DNA of 64,000 nucleotides from Pirellulales bacterium (lineage in GTDB: Bacteria; Planctomycetota; Planctomycetia; Pirellulales; JAEUIK01). Of this stretch, positions 1 through 9,400 are shown one piece after another. The position numbers and the translations under genes are program-made. Location: NCBI GenBank assembly GCA_019694435.1, contig JAIBBZ010000004.1, positions 22,922 to 86,921 of the forward strand. Reading direction: 5' to 3'. How positions within the stretch are numbered: position 1 is the first letter of the stretch; each line of letters starts with the position of its first letter. A model generated the notes under the pieces. That model was not told the origin of the DNA. It made no database searches and was given only the letters and a program-made list of their open reading frames with translations.

Positions 1-408
1 TTTGGCCAGTTGTATGCGACCAGCGCTCTCGCAGGGCGCTGGTCTCAATGCCGAGGCTTCGGCGGCTATCTCACCGCTCAGAATCGTGTTGCTGTAGCAA
101 CTGAGTTTTCTCGTCTGTCGGAACAGAGTCGAGAACTCTGGGTGTCGAGCGCGATCGAGGGCATTCTTTTTCGGCCTGGAGTCGGGCCGAGCGAGTATTT
201 CGAGGCAGGGAGGGGCATTCGCAGGTTCTCGCCGGCGCCGCGGGCCTCCACGCACCGCTTCATGCCGGATCGTCGTGCGCTCTTGCAAGGGGGGCGCTGC
301 GCGATGGGTCGCCCGTGAGTTGACGGCGACGCCTTGTTCCCAGCTTTCTTGGTTCGACAGAGAAGGAACACCGCAAAGCACTCTGCGTCTTCGAGGAGGA
401 GAATCGCC

Positions 409-3400
409 ATGGTCGCCACCCTTGGCTGGAAGCATCGTTCTCTGGGTCTCGGATCATCCCAGCGCCGGCGCAAGGCGGTCAGGCCGCTGAAATTCGCTGG
501 CGAATCCCTCGAACAGCGTCAGCTCTTGTCGGCTTCTTCGTCGACACCGGAGTTGAGCGCGATCTTGAAGCTGGCGGCCACGCGGCCGTTTGTGTCCGAC
601 GAAGTGGTCGTGGCGATCCGCACGCCGGCCACGGGAGTCAACGGCGACGCGCTGACCAGCGACTCGATCAGTTTGGCTGACGACCCATTGAATCAACTCC
701 GCCTCGATGGCGCGCTCGACACCAGCGGTGCCGAATTGCTGCTGGCCGATCGCAGCCCGCTCGGGGAGCACCTGATGCTGTACACGATTCCCTTGCGCAA
801 CGGCACGACCGTGGCCGAGGGCCTGGCGCGGTTGGCCGAGCTGCCCGACGTGGCCTGGGCAGCGCCCAACTTCATCTACAGCGGCGATCCTCGCGATTTG
901 ATTCCCAACGATCCGTTGTTCGGCAGCCAGTACCATCACTCGCTGATGCAGAACACGCTGGCCTGGGACATCACCCAAGGTTCGGCATCGATCATTGTGG
1001 CCGTCACCGACGACGGCGTGGCCATTTCTCACGCCGATCTTAACGCGAATATCTGGACCAATCCCGGCGAGATTCCCGGTAACGGCCTGGATGACGACGG
1101 CAATTCGTACGTCGACGACGTTCACGGCTGGGATTTCAGCAGCAACGACAACGATCCGAATCCCGTGGGCAGCGACGATCACGGCACGCACGTCGCGGGC
1201 ATCATCGCGGCCGACACCGACAACGGCCTCGGCGTGGCCGGCACGGCCGGCGACGTCACCCTGCTGCCGGTGCGCTTCTATGGTTCCGGCGCTTGGACCT
1301 CGAGCGTGATTGCCGCGTCGTACGCCTATGCCATCGACAACGGTGCCCGGATCATCAGCACCAGTTACAACGTCGATGGCTTCGTCGGCGATCCGACTTT
1401 CGAGGCGGCACTCGACTACCTCTACGACCATGGCGGCCTGCATTTCAACTCCTCGGGCAACAACAGCCAGGACAACGCGCCGCGCACCGTCTATGACCAA
1501 TCGCTGTACGTCAACAGCACGACGTCGTCCGATACGCTGAGCAGCTTCAGCAATTACGGCACCCGGACCGATATCTCCTCGCCCGGCTCGGACATCCTGT
1601 CGACAGTCTTGGGCGACGGCTATGGCTACAAGAGCGGCACCAGCATGGCGACGCCCAATGCCGCCGCGGTCGCTGCGCTCATCTGGTCGCAAAACCCCGG
1701 CTGGAACCGGGACCAGGTCGCGGCCCAATTGCTCGGCACGGCCGACGATATCGACCCTCTCAACCCCGGCTTCGTCGGCAAGCTGGGCACCGGCCGCGTG
1801 AACTCCTATCGCGGCGTGAGCGAAACGCTTGCCGCGCCCCGGCTGCGCGGCCTGCGCGAGGTCGCCGATGGCGGCGTGATCTTCGATCCGCTCGGCGCGC
1901 TCACCGTCGATCTGTTCAACCTCCTCGATGCCGCGTCGGTCAACGACCCGGCCAATTGGACGCTGACCGGCGACGGCCCGGACGACGCGTTCGGCACGGC
2001 AGACGATTTGGAAGTGCCGTTGACGCTGGCGACCAATTACCAGATCGGCACCAACAGCCTGTTGTTCGGCGTCGGCGCCATGCCGTACGACCACTACGAG
2101 TTCCGCGCGCACAGCGGCGGCCTCGTCGATCCGTTCGGCACGCCGCTCGACGGCGCTCCCGGTTTGGCGCCCGGCGATGATTTCGTCGTCTCGTTCGATC
2201 TCGTTCCCGAGCCGATCGAATGGCAGCGCAGCGCCCCGGGCGGCAGCCTGGGCTTCGAGTTCCGCGATGCGCCGGCGCTGAGCAGCGCCGAACTGTCCCT
2301 GCCGGCCTACATTTTGGCGGGTCAGCAACTGACCATCAGCGCCGTACCCGACGATCCTGGCGCCACCGTGACCATCACGGTGCGCAACTCGGGGGGTGAC
2401 CTGGCCGTGGTCAGCAGCCCCGCTGCGGGAATCGCGGCTTTGCTCGAAGGGTTCATCGTCCCGGCCGACGATTCCTACGAGATCGTGCTGACGAGCGACG
2501 TGCCGACCGGTACGGCCTTGCTGGCGACGTTGAACCTGGCGCAGGAGTCCGAATCGCTCGGTCTGGCCAGCAACGATGTGTTGGGCACGGCCCAATCGCT
2601 CGACGTCTTCAACTATGCCTTGGGCAGCCACGGCGCCAGCCGCCTGGCGGTGACCGGTACGACCGATTTCGCCGCCGTGGGCGACTATTACCAGTTTCAA
2701 GTCGCGACTGGGCAAGTTATCGCCTTGTCGCTGGCCGGGGGCGGCGATGCGGCGGCGCTCGCGTTGTTCGACAGTGCCGGCGTGTTGCGGGCCACGAACG
2801 CGACGGCCAGCGGCAACCTTGCCGCACAGATTTCTGAATTCTTCGCTACGAGCGGCGGCGTCTACTATGCCCGCGTGCAAGGCGATCTGGGCGGCGGCGA
2901 CGGCTACACGCTCGTGGTGACGCTCGACAGCGGGTTCGATCGCGAACCGAACAACGCATTGCTCGAAGCCAACAGCGTGGGAATTGCTCAGGCGGCCTTG
3001 GGGGCCGTTCTGGGCGGCTCGCCGCTGCCGGCCGAAGTCGAGCCCAATGACGACGGCCTGGTTGGTTTTTCGCTGAATGATCTGCCGCTCGCCAACGACC
3101 TTTCCGGAAGCTTTCTACCGCTGGGCGGCGGCCAGTATCGCGCCATCGTGACCGGCGTCATCTCGACGGGCAACGACGTCGACTGGGACTTCTTCAAGAT
3201 CGTCGCCTCGCCCGGCGACACGCTGGCCGTCAATCTCGACGGCGTCAGTCTGGCCGATCCGTACCTGCTGCTCTTCGACCACTTCGGCAATTTGCTGGCC
3301 GCGAACGACGATTACAACGGCCTCAATTCGTTCTTCCAGTATTCCGGCTTCGCCTATGTGGGCGATTACTACATCGTTGCCGACTCGTACAGCAGCAACA

Positions 3401-6400
3401 CCGGCTCTTACACGCTCACGGCGAACCTGACCACGCCGGCGCTGCTTGGCACCGGCGGATTCGACAGCTATTCCTTCGCCGTGAACGCCGGCGACGAGCT
3501 CGAATTGACGACCCTGACTCCCCGCGTCGGGGCGTTTCCTGCGGATAACAATCTCGACCCGGTGATCGAGCTGTACGATCCGAGCGGCGCGCTCGTGGCC
3601 ACGAGCACCAATGGCTTTGACGGCCGCAACGACTTGCTCCTCTACAACGCCTTGGCCACCGGACGCTATACGGCGCGCGTGCTGGCGGTCTCCGGCCGGG
3701 GCGAGTATTTCCTCGACGTGGCCGGCGCCACGGGCAATGGCGACGCGCCGTTTGTCGTTGCGGGACTGCCGCCGGCGGGGACGACGACAAACGCGTTTCC
3801 CGGGCTATTCCGCCTGGAGTTCAACGAAGCCCTCGACATCGCGAGCATCGACCCGAGCGACTTTACGCTCGTCGGCCCGGTCGGATCGGTCCACCCCGAC
3901 AGCGTCAGCGCCAGCGGTGCGGTTCTCGACCTGAACTTTGTCGGCGGCGACACCGGCGACGGTGAGTACACGATCGTCGTCGAGGCCGGCGTGGTCGAGG
4001 ATTTGCAGCAGGCCGGCAACTTGCCGTACGCGGCCAGCTTCACCGTCGACCGCCTGGCCCCGGTGATCACCGCCAGCAACATCCTGCAGAACGAGATCGT
4101 CCCGGCGGGCGTGTTGGACTCGATCGTGCTCCAATTCAGCGAATCGCTCGACGGCATGCAGCTCGATGCCAGCGACGTTTCTCTGGTCGAGGTCGGATTG
4201 GGCCTCGGCGCGATCACCCCGACGAGCTTCGAGTACAACGACCTCACGCATCAGGTGACGGTCCAGTACCCGCCGCTGGCCGAAGGCTCGTACCGGTTCA
4301 CCGTGTTCTCCGGCTTCGGGCAGTTCGCCGATCTGGCGGGCAATCTGCTCGACGGCGAGCGGAACGTGGCGACGACTGTGCCGTCGGGCAATGGCACGCC
4401 GGGCGGCAATTTCGTTCTCGAGTTTGCCGCCGATGTGACGGTGGCGCCGTATCCCACGCCGCTGGAGGCCAAGGAACCCTTGGGTTCGCTGATCTACGAT
4501 CCTACGGCCAAGGGGGCGATCGACTACAGCGGCGATGTTGACAGCTATACGATCGATCTCGACGCCAATCAGACGATCTCGGTGGTCGCCGTGCCTCGGC
4601 CGGTCGCCGACCTGGACTTGCAAAGCTCGTTTACGATCGACTCCAGCCGCTCGACGCTGCTGATTTCCGGCGACTTGAGTGGACTCCCCTTCGAGGAGCA
4701 GTCCCCGGGCAGCCAAGTGGGTACGCTGGCTGGCGAACTGAACGTGCAAATCGTCGGCGGCCTGATGTCGTTGCTCGGCGGAAACGTCGACTTCGTCGAT
4801 CAAGCGGGACCGTTCCTGCCCGGCAACGCGCCGGGCGATTTTGCGGTCCTGGTCGATCTGGGCGTGGGCGACCTGTTCGCACGGGCAGTTTCGCGCGGCC
4901 TCGCCGGCACCATCGACCCCATGGCCTTCACGCTCAATCCCGACGGGACGTTCGATCCAGCGGGCTTTGCTTTGACGGCCACAGCGGGCCAGTTCGAGTA
5001 CGAGCTGCCCCCGTTGGCCAGCGGCTCGGAACTGCTCGCAGGGCTGTCGCTCGTGGTGCAGCCCGGGGGAGTCGGTTCAGTCGCCATCGTCGGCGATCAC
5101 CAGGAATTGACCGTTCCGTTCGAGGCCCTGGTCACGGACGACGTGTTCGGTCTGACGCTCACGCTCCACGTCGTGGGACAGATCGTCGCCACGGCGCCGC
5201 TGCCGCCTGCGCCCTTGGACCTGCAAGTGACGCTGCGCGATCCGTCGAACAACGTCGTCGCCACGGCCGATACGCACGGGCCCAACCTTGCGGAATGGAT
5301 TCAGGCGGCCGGCCCGACCACGGCCGGGCAATACACCATCGACGTCAGCTCGTCCGACGGGTCGACGGGCGTTTACGAACTGCGCGTCGTGCTCAACGCG
5401 GGCATCGAAACCGAGACGTACGGCGGCGCGACCAACGACACGGCCGCGACGGCCCAGTCGCTCCAAGGCACGTTCCTCAACCTCGGCGAAGGGATCACGC
5501 GCGGCGCCGTGTTGGGCCAGCTCGAAGCGTCCCAGTATTCGCAGTCGCACACGCAGACGAACAACGCCTATTATCCCAACACGCTGTTGTTCTCGTTCAC
5601 CGATGCGACCCCACCGGTCGGGGACGCGCTGCTGCACATCGATGCCATCGCCGATCTCGACGCGACCAGCGAGTATTTCTCGCTCTATGCCGAGGGCTAC
5701 TTCCTCGGCAACGTGTTCGTCGACGATGGGCAGCAATTGGCCCTCGTTTCGACCACGGTCGCGATTCCCCAGAGTGTGCTGGCGCAATTAGCTGCCGATG
5801 GAGTCGTGAACATCGAGCTCACCCCGACGATCAACGTCGATTTCCTGGGAGACACCTCGGTCACGTTGACGCTCGACTACAACGCCGATGGCGGCGGACA
5901 ATACGACTACTACAAGGTCAACGTGAGCGCCGGCACGAGCCTCTCGATTGCGGCCACGTCGCTCGACGGCAAGGACCTTGATTTCGACCTGATGCTGGGC
6001 AATTTCGTGCTCGCCAGTGGTGCCCACCTGGCCTCCAATGTCAGCGCGGCCATCGACAACTTCGTGCCGCCGTTCACGACCACACTCACGATCCGCGTCG
6101 ACGGCGAACGGAACCAGGACTACTCCTTGGTGGTGGTGCGCAACGGCGCCTTGAGCCTCGAGAACAACGACGATCCCAGCCTGGCCCAGGACATCACCGG
6201 CCAACACGGCGTGCTCGGCCACGTCAGCCAACCGGGCGGGCCGATCTTCGACGGCGCAGACCGCCCGCTGGGCGGCGCGATCGTCGATACCGGCCTGGTG
6301 CTGCCGGACATCGCGGCGGTTCCGCGCTCGACGCGGCAGCTCGCCGACCATCCCGAGGACCTGCTCGGCTCGGTCGCCAGCGCCGGCACGACCCAGCAGC

Positions 6401-9400
6401 TCGTGGCCGCCGACTCGCCGCTCGACGACGGACCGATCCCGCTGCTCACGCACTTCGCTGGCCCGACCGACGGGCGATTCGTGCCGCCCGACTCGACGAT
6501 GGCCGCCGGTCCCGAGCAGGTCGTGGCGATCGTCAATACGCGGATCGGCATCTACGACAAGGTCTCCGGAGCCGAACTGTTCAGCCAGGACTTCTCCGGT
6601 CCGTCAGGCTTCTTCGGGTCGGTCGGGGCGACGACCAGCGTGTTCGATCCGTGGATCGTCTTCGATCCCGACTCGAAGCGCTTTTTCGCGGTGGGGATCG
6701 ACATCGCTTCGAGCAATGAGAGCAATGTCTTCCTCGCCGTGTCGAAAGACTCCACGCCAACCGGCGGTGACGACTGGTGGAAGTACAAGCTGAACTTCAC
6801 CGACTTCACGGCCGCCTTGGGCAGCGGCGCTCACTTCCCCGACTACGAGAAACTTTCGGTCGACGGGGACGCCGTCTGGATTTCGGGCAACTACTTCCCG
6901 ATCTCCTCGGGCAGCGGCGTGTACGCCGGGATCACGGCGCTGGACAAAGCGTCCTTGCTCTCCGGGGGGCCGGCCACGATCGTGTACGACGAAAAGTTCA
7001 GCGGCTTCTCGGTCTTTCCGGTGCAGCACTACGGCGACGCGGGAGCCCAGTATTTCGTCGAGTCGACCAACGGCAGCGGCAGCACGCTGCGGATCCACGC
7101 GATTACGAACGTGCTGACCAGTCCCACGCGCGTGGCCACCACGCTGGCGGTCCCGTCGTATGGCTTCCCGGTCGACGTACCCCAATTCGGCAGCAGCAGC
7201 CTGGCCGACTCGGTCGACTCGCGGATCATGACGGGCGTGTGGCGCGACGGCTCGCTCTGGGTGGCGCATTCGATCACCGAGCCCACCGTCGGCGACGGCG
7301 AAAATGTGGTTCGCTGGTACCAGATCGAGACCAATGGCTTCGGCGGCGGCGGCCTGCCCGCGCTCGTGCAGGCCGGTAACGTCGATCCAGGGCCGGGCGA
7401 ACATGCCTGGATGCCCGCCATCACCGTCGACGGCCGAGGCAACATGGGCCTGGCGTTTGCCTTGGGCGGCCCGACGCAGTACTTCAGCGCCGCCTACACC
7501 GGGCGTCTGGCCTCGGATCCGGCGGGCACGACCGTGCTGCCGGTCAGTCTGCTGCGCGAAGGCGTGGGCAATTACTCGTCGTTCCGCTGGGGCGATTACA
7601 CCGGCATCTCGATCGATCCGAGCGACGACGCCACGATCTGGATCTTCAACGAGTACGCCGCGCTCGGCGGCCAATGGGCCACCGAGATCGGCGCGTTCCA
7701 GCTGCAGTCGCCCGAAGACAACGACTGGTACGACCTGCAGGTCAACGCGGGCGATGAGCTCTCGCTGGAAACGTCGATCCCGGCCGACGGCCTGGGCGAA
7801 TTCGTCAATCTGCTCGATCCGCGGATCGAGCTGTACGATCCAAACGGCGAACTCGTCGCTTCGGATGACGACTCGGGCGCTGGCGTCAACGCGCTGTTGA
7901 CCCATACGGCCTTGCTGACGGGCAATTACAAGATTCGCGTGTTGGCGGCCGCAGGTACCGAGGGCGAATACGTGCTGTACACGCGCGGCAGCACGGCCGA
8001 CGACCCGGCGGTCGAAGTGATCGACGTCGATCCGGACAACGGCCAGACGCTGACGGCCTTCCCGGCCACCGTCACGCTCGACTTTTCGGAGCAGGTGCTC
8101 GATTTCTCTGTCGACCCGGGCGACGTGTTCATCGGTGGCCTGCCGGCGACCGGCGTGCACAAGATCGACGGCGACACGTTCGAATTCACGGTCAATCCCG
8201 AGGCCTACCTGGGCGACGGCGTCTACGAAGTGGTCGTCATCGGCGGTGGCATCCTCGATCTGCAATACAGCGGCATCCAGCCGTTCAATTCGACGTTCAT
8301 CGTGGACACGGCCGGGCCGCGGATCGTCGCCACGCGCTTCAATGGCAACACGCTCGATGCCCACCGCGTCATCGACTCGGGTCCCCTGGTGTTCGAGGCC
8401 CAGTTCAACGAACTCCTGGCGACCGCCACCAGCGCCAGGCGCGGGCTGTTCGCGCCGGGCGCCGACGACGTGCACCTGGTCAACGTCGACACGCTGCAGG
8501 CCTACCCGGTGCTCTCCGTGGCCTTCGATCCGGGCACCCTGGTGTTCCGCGCCACGTTTGGCGATCTGCCCGAGGGTAGCTACGAATTGGTGCTCCACTC
8601 GGGCGATTCGGGCTTCGAGGATCTGGTCGGCAACGATCTGGACGGCGAGCCGCTGGGCCCGAATTTCGACGGCACCACCACGGGCGACGGCGTGCCGGGC
8701 GGCGACTATCACCTGGCGTTCATGGTCGATCTGGCCGAGGGCCAGTTGGCTCCCTTCCGGCGAATCGATCCGCTGGGCGGTCTGGCGCTGGCGAGCCTGG
8801 GCACGGACGACTACTCGTCGGAACTGACGCAGTCGAACAACGTCTTTTCGCCCAACACGTTGCAGTTCGATTTCCTGCAAGCGGTGGCCCCGGCCGGCGA
8901 TGCGGTGCTGACTCTCGACGCGTTCGCGGACCTCGATTTGCCCGAAGAGTACCTCAGCGTTTCGGCCGAAGGCGTGCCGCTCGGCAACGTCTTCGTGAAC
9001 GATGGCCAGCAACTGGTGCTCGTCACCAGCCAACTGGTCATTCCGCAGGGGCTGCTGTCCACGCTCGCTGCCGACGGGGTGATCCACATCACGGTCACGC
9101 CCTCCGTCTCGGTCAACGATCTGGGGGGCAGTTCGCTCGCGCTGCACCTCGATTATGACGGCGGCGCCGCGACGACCGGCGTCATCAGCTATCCCGGCGA
9201 CGCGGACGACTTCGCCTTCACCGCCGAGGGCGGCGAATCGATCACGGCCCGGGTGTCGCCGAACGACCCCAGCGCGCTCCTCACGGTCGAAGTAGTCGGG
9301 ATCTCGGCCGTCTTCGGGGCTGCTGCTCCCGGCGCGCCGGTCATCCTGCCGCTCACGGTCCTGCCGGCCGACGGAACCTATCAGTTGCGCGTGACCGGCG

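Noticed and set aside
10-473. ORFs 10..318 (+), 78..473 (-), 260..457 (-), 275..490 (+) at the window edge
   Set aside because: No recognisable motifs or signal. The region reads as the promoter and 5' leader of the giant gene, with several short hairpins, and may contain the end of an off-window gene that cannot be assessed.
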